DNA of 64,000 bases from the human T2T-CHM13v2.0 reference genome, Homo sapiens (GCF_009914755.1 NC_060928.1); one strand, 5' to 3'; shown: positions 25,342 through 39,145, numbered from the stretch's first letter. Made by a program: numbers and translations. Notes: generated from the letters alone by a model not told the origin.

Positions 25342-26096
25342 TGAGAGGTGAAGCTGGCTGGGCTTCTGGGTCGGGTGGGGACTTGGAGAACTTTTATGTC
25401 TAGCTAAAGGATTGTAAACACACCAATCAGCGCTATGTGTCTAGCTAAAGGTTTGTAAATGCACCAATCAGCACTCTGTAAAAACGCACCAATCAGAACT
25501 CTGTGTCTAGCTAAAGGTTTGAAAACGCACCAATCAGCACTCTGTAAAAACGGACCAATCAGCACTCTGTAAAATGGACCAATCAGCTCTCTGTAAAATG
25601 GACCAATCAGCAGGATGTGGGTGGGGCCAAACAAGGGAATAAAAGCTGGCCACCGGAGCCAGTAGAAGCAACCCGCTTGGGTCCCATTCTGTGCTGTGGT
25701 AGCTTTGTTCTTTTGCTTTTCACAGTAAATCTTGCTGCTGCTCACTCTTTGGGTCTGCACAACCTTTATGAGCTATAACATTCACCCCAAGGGTCTGCGG
25801 CTTCATTCCTGAAGTCAGGGAGACCATGAACCCACCAGGAGGAACAAGCAACTCTGGACGTGACAACTTTAAGAGCTGTAACAACTCACTGCAAAGGTCT
25901 GCGGCTTCACTCTTGAAGTCAGTGAGACCATCAACCCACCGGAAGGAAGAAACTCTGGACACATCTGAATGTCTGAAGGAACAAACTTCAGACACACCAT
26001 CTTTAAGAACTGTAACACTCACTGTGAGGGTCTGAGGCTTCATTCTTGAAGTCAGCAAGACCAGGAACCCACCGGAAGGAACCAATTCCGGACACA
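25342..26096 (+). mobile_element. LTR12-family (ERV9) solo LTR
   Basis: TGAGAGGTGAAGC...CCGGACACA; U3 tandem CCAATCAG repeats and U5 repeats; TSD GTAA (25338-25341, 26097-26100). Confidence 0.95.
25423..25644 (+). promoter_or_regulatory. ERV9 U3 enhancer/promoter: 7 CCAAT (NF-Y) boxes, GT box, AATAAAA TATA-equivalent
   Basis: CCAAT at 25423, 25464, 25489, 25530, 25555, 25579, 25603; GTGGGTGGGG ~25617; AATAAAA 25638-25644. Confidence 0.8.
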
Positions 26097-27515
26097 GTAA
26101 TGCATAGTAAATGCTTAGGAAATGTTAGTGAAGAAGAATCTTGACAATGATAAAGCAGTGGGTTGCTTGCCTTTTAATAATAGAGTAGCATTTGTTGCCT
26201 ATTACAGTCATTTGGAAAATGACAGTTTTCTTGGACTTAAAATAATTTTGAAAGAATAACTACAGAGACAGAATTTTTTTTTACAGTATGTGTGCAGAAT
26301 ATGTATGTTTTGTATGTGGCACAGATTTATTAGCAGAAAATGCTATTTCTACTAGGTTTGAGACCGTGTTTTAACTAAGCCATTACCTTAAAAGGTAAAG
26401 ATTTTAAAAGGTAAAGTTTTACCCTAAAACTCTATTTTTTACAAGCTATTTTATTTTCTAGGAAATAGTGGTAGATTATTGGAAAGAGTTCACAGAAGTG
26501 GGCTTCTGGAAATGGATGAGGTTAGTGACAAGAACCCTTGAGAATTTTAAGTACACAACATTTGCACCAATGAGCTGGAATGGTGGGAGCCAAGGTTAGA
26601 CATGCATAACCTGCATGGAGTGTAAGGTCAGCACTAAGCCTTTATCTATGTCCAGTAAACTGATACTACTACTACTTAGATGGAGGAAGTGACAAGGCTT
26701 CAAGCAATTATTGATGCCTACTTTCATAAAATCTACCTGCTCGGATAGGAAAAGCAGACCTATATTATTTCAGAGAAATGAAAGCCTATTGTTTTGCAAT
26801 ACCACTAGAGAATGTGTACAATTTATAATAAACATTGTTGCAAGGAATTTATACTTCCAATATAACCAATGTGTTTCATAATCATTTAATATTTATTGTC
26901 TACTAGTTTCTATGCGTTTTGTATCACAATTTTATTAAATCCTCACAGCATCTCTGCAAGGGCAAATTTCTTAGACTCATTTTGGTGATGAAAGCTTTGA
27001 AGCTCAGACAGTTTAATAGTGTTGGCTAAGGATGCACAACTGGAGGATGGCAAAGCATAATTCCATTTTTAATGAGTTACTATGGTTGTATATTCTTTCT
27101 CTATTCACCCTGACAGTAGGTAACTGATTGTATAACACCACTTAATTAATCTTATATGAGCTATAGTCTCAGTCATTTTTCTTTTCTATCAAGGAGAATG
27201 CTTGCAATGCAAATAAATAAATGTGTATTTTTTTGTTTAATAAGGAAGTTACAATGGACTCATTCTCTGTGGGGCATCTAATTTGAATTTTATTTTTTTA
27301 CTTGGGATTATGTGTATTGATGAGACACTTCATAGTTCAGGACCAAAAGTGTAACCACTCATTATAGTTGTTAAGAATATAGTTTTGGAATTCAGCAGGC
27401 TTGAAATCTTGTATCATCTGCATTGCTTTCTAGGTAAATTATATACTAAGTAAATTTTGCTAAGTTCTGAATCTCCCTAAACCACACTTTTCTCGCACGC
27501 AAAAGGAGATATAAT

Positions 27516-27844
<329 letters not shown>

Positions 27845-28044
27845 TTAACAAATGATACCATACTTTTTTTTATTTTTAACAAATTGTTTGAAAGTGTTGT
27901 CGATTTGCTTAAAGGCCAAGTTATATTTGTTTTTTCTCTTATATTAATATATCCCATTTTCTTAAAAGAAAATATATTCCATTTTTCCAAACTTGCCCAA
28001 GTGCCAAAATCTAATAGCCAGTGAAGTATAGTATTTGTTTTAAC

Positions 28045-30351
28045 CAGGCATTGACCATTTTTTTTCTGTAGGGTTCATGTAAGTAAATATTTTAGGGTTG
28101 GTTGGCTAAGCAGTCAGATGCAACTACTTATCACTGCCTTTATAGCCTATAAGTAGCCAAAGATAATATGTAAATAAAACGTGTTGCTGTTTTAGAAGAA
28201 AACTTTATTTTCTTTTTTTTTAACTTTTATATTAGGTTTGGAGGTTCATGTGCAGGTTTGTTACATAGGTAAACACGTGCCATGGGGGTTCGTGGTACAT
28301 GATATTTCATCATCCAAGTATTAAGTCTAGTACCCAATATTTATCTTCTCTGCTCTTCTCCCTTCTCCCACTCTCCCCCTTCAAGTAGATCCTAGTGTCT
28401 GTTGTTTCCTTCTTTGTGTTCATAAATTCTTATGATTTAGCTCCCACTTATAAGTGAGAACATGCTGTATTTGATTTTCTGTTCTTACATTAGTTTGCTA
28501 AGGATAATAGCCTCCAGCTCCACCTGTTTTCCCACTTAAGACATGATCTCATTATTTTTCATGGCTGCATAGTATTCTATGGTATATATGTACCACATTT
28601 TATTTATCCAATGTGTCATTGATGGGCATTTATGTTGATTCCATATCTTGGCTATTGTGAATAGTGTTGCAATGAACATTTGTGTGCAAGTGTCTTTTGG
28701 CAGAATGATTCATCTTCTTCTGGATATATACCCAGTAATGGGATTGTTGAGTTGATTGGTTGTTCTGCTTTTAGCTCTTTGAGGAATTGCCATACTGCTT
28801 CTCACAATAGTTGAACTAATTTACACTCCCACCAACAGTATATAAGTGTTTCTTTTTCTCCACAACCTCACCAGCATCTCTTATTTTTTGACTTTTTAGT
28901 AATAGCCATTGTGGTTGATGTGAGATGGTACCTCATAATGGTTTTGATTTATAATTCTCTAATGATCACTGGTATTGAGTTTTTTTTTTATGTGCTTGTT
29001 GGCTGAAAGTATGTCTTTTTATGAGAAGTGTCTGTTCATGTCATTTGCCCACTTTTTAATGTAGTTATTTTTCTCTTGTAAAACTAAGTTACTTATAGAT
29101 GCTGGATATTAGATCTTTGTTGAATGCATAGTTTGCAAATATTTTCTCTCATTCTAGAGGATGCCTGTTTACTCTGTTGATACTTTCTTTTGCAGTGCAG
29201 AAGCTCTTAAGTTTAATTATATCCCATTTGTCAATTTTTGCTTTTGTTGCAATTGTTTTTCATGTTTTTGTCATGAAATCTTTGCCCAGTCTTATGTCCA
29301 GGATGGTATTTCCTAGGTTGTCTTCCAGGGATTTTATAGTTTTGGGTTTTGCATTTAAGTCTTTAATCCATCTTGAGTTGATTTTTGTGTATGTTGTAAG
29401 GAAGGGGTCTAAGTTCAGTCTTCTGCATATGGCTTGTGAGTTATCCCAGCACCATTTATTGAACAGGGAGTCTTTTCCCTATTGTTTGCTTTTGTCAGCA
29501 TTGATCAAGATCAGATGGTCATAGATGTTTGGGCTTATTTCTGGGTTCTCTATTCTGTTCCATTTGTCTATGCACCTATTTTTGTACCAGTACCATGCTG
29601 TTTTCGTTTCTGTAGCCTTGTAGCATAGTTTGAAGTCAGGTAATGTGACGTCTCCAGCTTTGTTCTGTTTGTTTATGATTGCTGTGGCCATTCTGTATCT
29701 TTTTGGTTCTATACAAATTTTAGATAGTTTTTTCTAGTTCAGTGAAGAATGTAATTAGTAGTTTCATAGGAATAGCATTAAGTCTGTAAATTTCTTTGGG
29801 TAGTGTAGCCATTTTAATGATATTGATCCTTCCTATTTATGAGCAGGGGATGTATTTCCATTTGTTTGTGTCTTCTCTGATTGGAGCAGTGTTTTGTAAT
29901 TCTCTTTGTAGAGATCTTTTGTAGAGATCTTTTACCTCCCTGGCTAGCTGTATTCCTCAAAATTTTATTCTTTTAGTGGAAATTGTGAATGGGATTGCCT
30001 TTCTGATTTGGCTCTCAGTTTGGCTGTTGTTGGTATATAAGAATGCCAGTGATTTTTGTACATTGATTTTGTATCCTGCCACTTTACTGAAGGTGTTTAT
30101 CAGCTGGAGGAGCTTTTGGGCTGAGACTATGGGGTGTTCTAGATATAAAATTATGTCATTTGCAAACAAAGATAGATAGTTTGACTTTCTTCCTATTTGG
30201 ATGCACTTTCTTTTTTTCTCTTGCCTGATTGCTGTGTCTAGGACTTCCAATACTATGTTGAATAGAAGTGGTGAGAAATGGCATTCTACTTTATTTTCAA
30301 AAACAGATTGTAAGTGAATTTGGCCTGTGGGTCACAGCTGGTTCATTCCTG
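28045..30351 (-). mobile_element. MER58A-like hAT MITE split by an L1 (pieces 28045-28212 and 30288-30351)
   Basis: CAGG...CCTG ends; GTAAATATTTTAGG, GCAACTACT and AACTTTATTT motifs continue across the L1. Confidence 0.7.
28213..30287 (-). mobile_element. 5'-truncated L1 (L1PA13-15-like)
   Basis: Poly-T, 3'UTR and ORF2 remnants (ORFs 29479..29691, 29957..30250); TSD ACTTTATTTTC (28202-28212, 30288-30298). Confidence 0.9.
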
Positions 30352-30931
30352 AATAAATTATTGATAAGTGGTCATTGATTATCTGCTGTTATTCAACATA
30401 TCAGTAGAACCACTTTATATCTATGAACAACTAAATATCTAAAAATGCAACACATATTAACTAATGTGTTTGTTTTAAGAAAATTGCTTATTTTATTGGC
30501 ACTGTCACATGCATTGGTGTCTCTGCCTATCTCTTTTTCTCAATCTTATTTCTGGATTCTGAATAAAGAAAGAAATAAGCTGCAAAAACTTAAAAATATG
30601 TAATATGTAGGTTAGCTGGCTTTCAAAATGTTTTGTTAGACCCAAAATAGTAATGCCTTTTGCAGCACGACCTAGTATTAACTTACATACACGCACATAT
30701 ATGCACATGCATGTGTGTTAAACTCTGATCTATTCTATTTCATTTCATGCCATTGCATTATATTCTTTTCCCAGCAAAGGTAACATAAAACTAGGCTCAC
30801 TAAAATAATTTCATGATATACTATTGCATTATAAACTATAGTTTAGGAAATTAAGATGAGGCATAAGGATCCAGAAACTCACGGGATAGATCTTTAGTGG
30901 ATTCCTATCCCACAGACATCTTTTCCCATAA

Positions 30932-31166
30932 TGTTGCGATACAATTGCCAGTTTCCTGTACCTGCTGCACAGCAATAGACCAATACACTGAGAAAACAAA
31001 GTTTGCAGAAGAGAAAGAGTTTAATAATAGGCCACTAAGTGAACAGAATCCTCAAGCCCTAGGGTTTTTAAGGGGATTATGGAGGGTGAGGGCCTGGAAA
31101 ATTGGGGTCATTGATTGGTTGGGACAAAGGAGATGAAATCATTAGGATGTGAAAACTGCACTTCTT
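30932..31166 (-). mobile_element. ERV1 LTR 3' fragment (LTR8/LTR26/LTR48-like; subfamily uncertain)
   Basis: TGTTGC start, GCAGAAGAGAAAGAGTTTAAT, GGGTTTTTAAGGGG and TGATTGGT typical of antisense ERV1 LTRs. Confidence 0.6.
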
Positions 31167-32892
31167 GCCACATAGCAAGAAGGAATGAAGAAGCACAAGT
31201 GGAAACTCCTGATAAATCCATCAGATCTTGTGAGACTTATCCACTAACATGAGAATAGCATGAGAAAGACTGGCCCTCATGATTAGACAACCTCCCCTAG
31301 AGACCCTCTCACAACATGTGGGAATTCTGGGAGATACAATTCAAGATGACATTTGGGTGGTGACACAGCCAAACCATATCATTCTGCCCCTGCCCGCCCC
31401 CGCAAATCTCATGTCCTCACATTTCAAAACCAATCATGCCTTTCCAAAAGTCCCACAAAGTCTTAACTCTTTTCAGCATTAACCCAAACGTCTACAGTCC
31501 GAAGTCTCACCTGAGAAAAGTCAAGTCCCTTCCACATATAAGCCTGTAAAATCGAAAGCAAGCTAGTTACTTCCTAGATGCAATGGGCATACAGGTATTG
31601 GGTAAATCTAGCTATTCCAAATGGGAGAAATTGGCCAAAACAAATGGGTTATAGGGTCCATGCAAGCCCGAAATCCAGCAGGGCAGTCAAATTTTAAAGC
31701 TCCGAAATGATCTCCTTTGACTCTAGGTCTCATATTCAGGTCACGCTGATGCAAATGGTGGGTTCCCATGGTCTTGGGCAGCTCTGCCCCTGGGCTTTGC
31801 AGGGACAGTCTCCCTCCTGGCTGATTTCACAGTCTGGCATTGAGTGTCTGCAGCTTCTCAGGAGGCCAAGGCAGGGGAATTGCTTGAACCCCTGGGAGAT
31901 TGTGGTGAATGGAGATTATGCCACTGAGCTCTAGCCTGGGTGACGGAGTGAGACTCTGTTTCCAAAAAAGGAAAAAAAAAATTAGACTCCTTGCTACTTA
32001 TGCAAATTTTTGCAGCCAGCTTGAATTTCCTCTTAAAAATGGATTTTTCTTTTCTATTGCATTGTCAGGATGCACATTTTTTGAACTTTTATGCTCTGTT
32101 TCCATTTTAAAACTAAATGCTTTTTAGAGCACCCAAGTCACCTTTTGAATGCTTTGCTGCTTAGAAATTTCCTCTGCCAGATACTCTAAATCATCTCTCT
32201 CAAGTTCAAAGTTCCACAAATCTCTAGGGCAGGGGCAAAATGCTTCTAGTTTCTTTGCTAAAACATAACAAGAGTCACCTTTGTTCCAGTTCCCAACAAG
32301 TTCCTCATCTCCATCTGAGACTACCTCAGCCTGTGCCTTATTGTTCATATTACTATCAGCATTTTTGTCAAAGCCATTCAACAAGTCTCTAGGAGGTTCC
32401 AAACTTTCCCACATTTTCCTGTCTTCTTCTGAGCCCTCCAAACTGTTCCAACTTCTGCCTGTTACCCAGTTCCAAAGTCGCTTCCACATTTTCAGGTATC
32501 TTTTCAGCAATGCCCCACTCTACTGGTACCAATTTACTGTATTAGTTCTTTTTCATGCTTTTGATAAAGACATACTCGAAACTGGGAAAAAAAAAAGGTT
32601 TAATTGGACTTACAGTTCCACATGGCTGGAGAGACCTCAGAATCATGGCGGTAGGTGAAAGGCACTTCTTACAGGGTGGTGGCATGAGAAAAATGAGGAA
32701 GAAGCAAAAGCGGAAATGCCTGATAAACCCATCAGATCTTGTGAGACTTATTCACTATCATGAGAATAGCACAGAAAAGAGCAGCCCCCATGACTCAATT
32801 ACCTGCCCCTGATTCCCTCCCACAACATGTGGGAATTCTGGGAGATACAGCTGAAGTTGAGACCTGGGTGTGGACACAGCCAAACCATATCA
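31167..32892 (-). mobile_element. THE1A-like MaLR element with deletions (5' LTR 32538-32892; partial 3' LTR 31167-31381)
   Basis: 355-bp LTR TGTATTAG...AACCATATCA; THE1-int ORF 32124..32510; second partial LTR copy. Confidence 0.9.
31857..31981 (+). mobile_element. Alu right-arm fragment within THE1A-int
   Basis: GGAGGCCAAGGCAGG...TTGCTTGAACCC...CTAGCCTGGGTGACGGAGTGAGACTCTG plus A-tail. Confidence 0.85.
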
Positions 32893-33184
32893 AAGCCATT
32901 TGTGGAATCCTTAAGGAATTCAAGCCTTTTTGTGCTCTACTTTGAAATATAGAACTGATTCTCACTTGATGTCAGAAATGCTACCTCTATTAATAAGTTG
33001 ACAACTGTTCCAAAATACTTTTGGAGAACATTTTTGAGTTGGAGAAATAGACTAGAATAGAAACATAAACAAAATAAAAAGTAGAAAATGAGCCATTTTT
33101 TTAAAGTCTATTTTTTGCCTGGTGACAACAATACATTAGGCAGCAAATTTGTTTCTTTTAAGCAATCTTTAGTCAAATGTTTTT

Positions 33185-34778
33185 TTTCAAAATTTTTAAA
33201 GTTTCTTTCTCAGAGCTTTTTTAGGGTTACAGAGAAATTAAAGCAAGTCCAGAAAGGTCATATTTACTCTGCCCTAGACCCCATTCCCTCTGTCCTCAAC
33301 AGTTTTTGTTATTAATATCTTGCATTGATGTGAAACATTTGTTACAATTGATGAGCTAATATTGATATATTATAATTAACTAAAGTCAGTAGTTTATGTT
33401 AGGACTCACTTTTGTGTTTTACAGTTCAATAGCTTTTGACAAATGCTTAATCATGCATCCATTATTACAGCATAGCAGAGAATGGTTCCACTGCTATAAA
33501 AATGTCCTGTGCTCTGCCTATTCATCCTTTCCTTTCTTCCTTTCCTAACCCCTGGCAACTACTGATGTTTTTACTGCCTGTGTAGTTTTGTGTTTTCCAA
33601 TATGTCATATAGTTAGAATTGTATTGTATGTAGTCTTTTCATACTGATTTCTCTTACTGAGAAATATGTATTTAAGGTTCATCCATGTTTTTTCATGGCT
33701 TGATAGCTCATTTACATTTATTACAAAATAAGACTCTATTTACCATAATTTATTCATTTACCTACTGCAGGACATCCTGCTTGCATCCAAATTTGGCAAC
33801 TGTGAATAAAACTCACATTAAAAATTGTGTGCGGGTTTTGTATGGATGCAAGAGTTCAACTCACTTGGCAAATACATAGGAGTATGATTGCTGATTATAT
33901 GCTAAAACCATATTTAGTTTTGAAAAAACTGTCAAACTTTTCAAAAGGAGTTGTACTATTTGCATTCCCACCAGCAATGACTGGGAGTTCCTGCTTGTCC
34001 ACATATTTATCTACATTTGCTGTTTTCAGGGATTTAGATTTTAGTCACCCTAATAGGCATGTAGTGCATGACATTGTTTTAATTCACAATTTCCTAATGA
34101 CATATGATGTTGAGCATCTTTTCATATGTTAATTTTCCATCTGTGTATACTGTCTGCTGAGGTGATTGCTCAGATCTTTTGCCTACTTTTCAATTGGATT
34201 GTTTCTTTTCCTATTGTTGAGTTTTAAAAGTTTGTGCATATTTTGTGTACAAGTCTTTTATCAGATATGTTTTGCAAATATTTTCTCCCACTCTGTAACT
34301 CATCTTTTTATTTCTTTAACAGTGTTCTTCTCAGAGTAGTTTTAAATTTTAGTACAGTCCAGCTTATTAATTTTTTCTTTCATGAATCCTGCTTTTGATG
34401 TGGTATCTAAAATCTCATTGCTAAACTCAAGTTTACCTAAATTTTTTCCCATTTTATCTTTTAGAAGCTCTGTGTATTATCTATAATAGACAATCATATC
34501 ATCTCTGAATGAAGACAATTTTATTTCATTCCTTCCTTCTGTATGTCTTTACCTTTTCTTGTCTTATTGCATTAGCTAGGACTTCCAGTATGATGTTGAA
34601 TAGGAGATGTGAGAAGCATATCCGTGCCTTTTTTTTCCTGATCTTAGGGAAAAATTCCTTAGTTTGTCATAATTAAGTGTGATGTTAGTTGTAGGGTTTT
34701 TTTGTTGTTGTTGAGGTTGTTTCAATTTTTTTTTTTTTTGTAGATACTCTTTATCAAATTGAGGAAGTTCCCCCATTC
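33185..34778 (-). mobile_element. Old L1 (L1MC-like) 3' end with ORF2 remnants
   Basis: TTTGTTACAATTGATGA...TAACTAAAGTC 3'UTR motif; TTTGCATTCCCACCAGCAATG; internal deletions. Confidence 0.8.
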
Positions 34779-35133
34779 CTTCTGGAGGATCCAGAAGAAG
34801 AATATATTTCCTTGCTTTTCTTAGCTTCTAGAGGCTTTCTGCATTTCTTGACATGTGGCCCTTTTCTCCACCTTCCATGTGCATCACTCCAACCTCCACT
34901 TTCATTGTTATATCTCCTTTATCTGACCTTGATCCTCTTGCCTCCCTCTTAATAAGGTCCCTTGTGATTACATTGGTTCGACGATGATAATCCATATTAA
35001 TCTCCTAATCGCCAGACCTTTAATTCAATCACATATGCAAAGTCCTTTTTGCCATGTAAGGTAACCAATTTATAACTTCTGGAGATTAGAACCTAGACAT
35101 CTTTGGGAGGGGGCCTTTATTCTGTCTACCACA
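34779..35133 (-). mobile_element. MLT1B/C-like LTR (partial)
   Basis: CCCTTGTGATTACATTGG, GCAAAGTCCTTTTTGCCATGTAAGGTAAC, TCTACCACA end. Confidence 0.8.
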
Positions 35134-35403
35134 GTAGCATCCCTTGCTTCTATTTTTTACAATTTAAGCCTGCCTTTCACATTCCTTTAGATTTACTTAA
35201 AATACTACTTACACAGTGACATTTTTCCTGTACCATTTAGTGAGATTTATTTTCCTTTTCCTTTATGCTTTCTTTGCATCATTCTTCTGGCTTTATTATT
35301 TATATTAATTTGTATTCACTAAAAGTCTCTTTACCTCTTCTTGTTGTCTTCAGACTCTTTTTTTTAAATTATCTTTCCATTTCATCATTACAATAAGAGC
35401 TTA

Positions 35404-35776
<373 letters not shown>

Positions 35777-35926
35777 CTAAGATTTTTAGGATAAGCAAAG
35801 GAGAATTTTTTTTTTCTTAACAGAGCTTACAAATCACAAAAATGTTTAATTATAATATGACATAAATTTATTGAAGATGAGGTTAAGTGAAATTGCATAG
35901 TGCAGCTGAGCTGGTCTGGTGGGGGA

Positions 35927-35953
35927 GTGGTGGTGGTGGTGGTGGTGGTGGTG
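35927..35953. repeat. (GTG)n microsatellite
   Basis: Direct. Confidence 0.9.
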
Positions 35954-36376
35954 GAGGTTAAGAAGAGATTGGAGATTCACAAGGAGTTTAAAATGAGACC
36001 TGAAGCTTGGAAGATGTTTCCAGCCAAGAAAAAAGCATATACAACGGGTTTTACAGCAAGAACAAATATTCAAAGAGGTCATATTTGGTCAGAGGAATTG
36101 CATATGGAGAAAGGGAAAGAACGGCACAGGGTGGGGCTTTAGAGGTAGGCAAGGGCTAGATCTTAAGGGATTTTGAGCCATGTTACAAGTTCTTACTGGT
36201 AACTGTGGGTTTTAAGCAGTGAACTACTATGGTTTCATGCAGGTTTTAAAAAGATCACTATGATAATTACATTCATTTTTAAACATATTTGATATTTCCT
36301 TACAGCTTGATTATATCCCACAATGATTTTTCATACTACATTGTATATTGCCTTACTAATTAAGAATATTTTTCAA

Positions 36377-36695
<319 letters not shown>

Positions 36696-36853
36696 CTACA
36701 GTCTTTATTTTTGGAAAAATAGTACTTGTTTATTAAGCATACCTTTATGCTTTGGAAAGTTCCTAAATTGGGAATATGCCCGTTATTTCTCCTTCATGTT
36801 TCTCCCCACTCACTACCCTCCCACACATGTACACAATGTCTGCCTCTCACTCG

Positions 36854-36886
<33 letters not shown>
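36854..36886. repeat. (CT)n(CA)n microsatellite
   Basis: Direct. Confidence 0.9.
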
Positions 36887-37469
36887 TTGAGAATCACCTT
36901 ATTACACTCTAAAGTCTAAACTCATGAGGATCTCATTTCATACTCTCCTATTTAGTATTCGTTTGCTTGTATAGTCTCATACTTCACTGTGGGTTTCTCT
37001 ATTAGTACTGAATCTCATTGTACTATTTGACACATTTTTTTCTAATATGTCATAAACCTCAGTGTAAGTGTTTATGAGATTTCAACTGCATTATGCTATC
37101 TGCCTACATTAAGGTGAAATCGTTATATTTAATTAACTATCGTGTAAATACTTCATCCTATACATTGTCTATACATTGATAATATATAAGAAATATTTCT
37201 TTTACAGCCTTACTACTTCTACCAAATTAAGTTAGTCTTTATCACACAGATATTGTATACATTGTTAAATATTGTATTTCTCTTTTAACTTTGTCCTTAG
37301 GAAGCTTAAAGTTGTATTTGAAAGCCCGTTCTAGCAACTGTATTGATTGACTAGACAACATTATTGTGTGTATAACTCTTAACTGAAAGAATATTATTTT
37401 CTTACCATTTTTTTTACTTTTCTAAGTATGTGTGACCCACTATTTTAACCATCTTATACTTCATGTGTT

Positions 37470-39130
37470 TAAGTTTTTTATTGTGAAGTATAACATGCAT
37501 AAGAAAAGTTATACAAAACAGCTGTCTGAATAATCAATTAGTATTAAACACTTATAACCACCTATGAAGACAAGAATGGCAACATTGTAAGTCCACTAAC
37601 AACCCCCTGCATAACCAGTCTTATTGATAGTTGTTCCCTTCCATTCCAGGATATACCCAATATCCTGATATTTAACCAGTATTATGATTTGTATGGTAAT
37701 TACTTAATTGCTTTTAATTACATTTTTACTTATATAAGTAGAGTCTTTAAGTATGTGTTCTTGTATGTCTTATCAGATTATTTTTCTTCTATGTTAAACG
37801 TTTCCTCTTGTACTTTCTTTTATGTAAGACTACTGCTGGAAGTCTGCTTTTATTTTATAAAAACATATTTTCAAACTTTCCTTGAAGAAAAACATACTGA
37901 AAATAAAATTTTAGTTGCAAGTTATTTTTCTGCCTTGGAGTAATCATTGGACTATCTTCTGGCTTCCATGTTTTTTATTAATATATTAGCTATCAGTCTC
38001 ACTGGTGTTCTTTTGAATGTCATCTATTTCTATCCCACTATCCCAGGCAACCATGTTTTAAGATTTTTCTCTTTGTATTTATATTTCTGCAGGTCTACTT
38101 TGATACATCTTGGAATAAACTTGTTGTGATTGTTGCTATTTATTGAGTTTGAAGTTTTTGGGAAAATATTAGTCTGTGGATTTCAATGCCTTTTGAAAAT
38201 TCTCAACATTTCTAGATTCAAATGTTGCTTCTCTTCCATTCTTTCTCTATCTTCTCTTTCTGGATTCCTAAATGTATGTCTTATATTTTGTCTATATCTT
38301 CTATGTCTTGTACCTTGTCTTTTTTTCTTCCTGTTCACATTATTTACAATTAATTTATTTCATTTTATTTATTATTTAAAATTTTTAAATTAAAATTAAA
38401 ATTTTAATTTCAATTTTAATTTACATTTTTTAAATTAAGATGTAATTTCCAAAGCTGTTGTACAAAATAATGCAACACATTTTTTTTGGTACACTTTGCC
38501 TGGTTTTTCCAATGGTAACATTTTACAGGACTAACGTACAATATCACAAAGTATTGGCATTAATAAAATCAACTGACATTATTCAGATTTCCCCAGTTTA
38601 ACTTGTAATTATTTGTGTGCATCTGTATATATTTATGCTTCTTTTTACATACATTTTTAATCTATATTTCTGTTCTTGAATTCTCTTTGACTTTTTTTAT
38701 CCTTCAACTATTCTCAAATATTTTTCTTTATTCTAGCCTTGGTTGAACCTGACCATAAATTTCTTAAATCAGATTATTTTTTAGCTGCTCTAATGTTTTA
38801 TTGATTTTTTAAAAATATACACTGCAATTTTTAATAGTTTTAGTTTCTTGCTAAAAGTTTTACATTTAGCTTTTTTCCATAAAGGAAATGCATAGTTGTT
38901 TTTAAATTTTCTATGTCTGGTAGTTCTAATCTCTGGAATACTAGTATATCTGCTTCAGTTATTTCTTGTTTCTACTGTTTCTCATTGATCCTGTCATGTT
39001 TTAATGTTTCTGGTTACCTGTATTACATGCTAATGAGGGAGTTTGAAGATTGTAGAAATAATTCCAGGTATTGGATGACACTTTCTTCCTCTAGAGAAAA
39101 TTTTAGGTTTCCATAGACTGAACCACTAGA
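37470..39130 (-). mobile_element. Decayed L1ME/L1MC fragments
   Basis: T-rich antisense L1-like tracts (TTTATTGTGAAGTATAACAT; TATTCAGATTTCCCCAGTTT; TTCTGGCTTCCATG); boundaries approximate. Confidence 0.55.
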
Positions 39131-39145
39131 AATATGGGATCATCT

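Noticed and set aside
25397-25612. Regularly spaced short repeats resembling a CRISPR array
   Set aside because: ERV9/LTR12 U3 enhancer repeats; no unique spacers, eukaryotic context
32124-32510. 128-aa ORF
   Set aside because: Common THE1-internal ORF remnant inside a deleted element; no sign of domestication
35846-36142. Poly-His and poly-Val ORFs
   Set aside because: Artefacts of the (GTG)n microsatellite
38370-38440. AT-only quasi-palindrome
   Set aside because: Low-complexity A/T tract beside decayed L1; such symmetry is expected by chance
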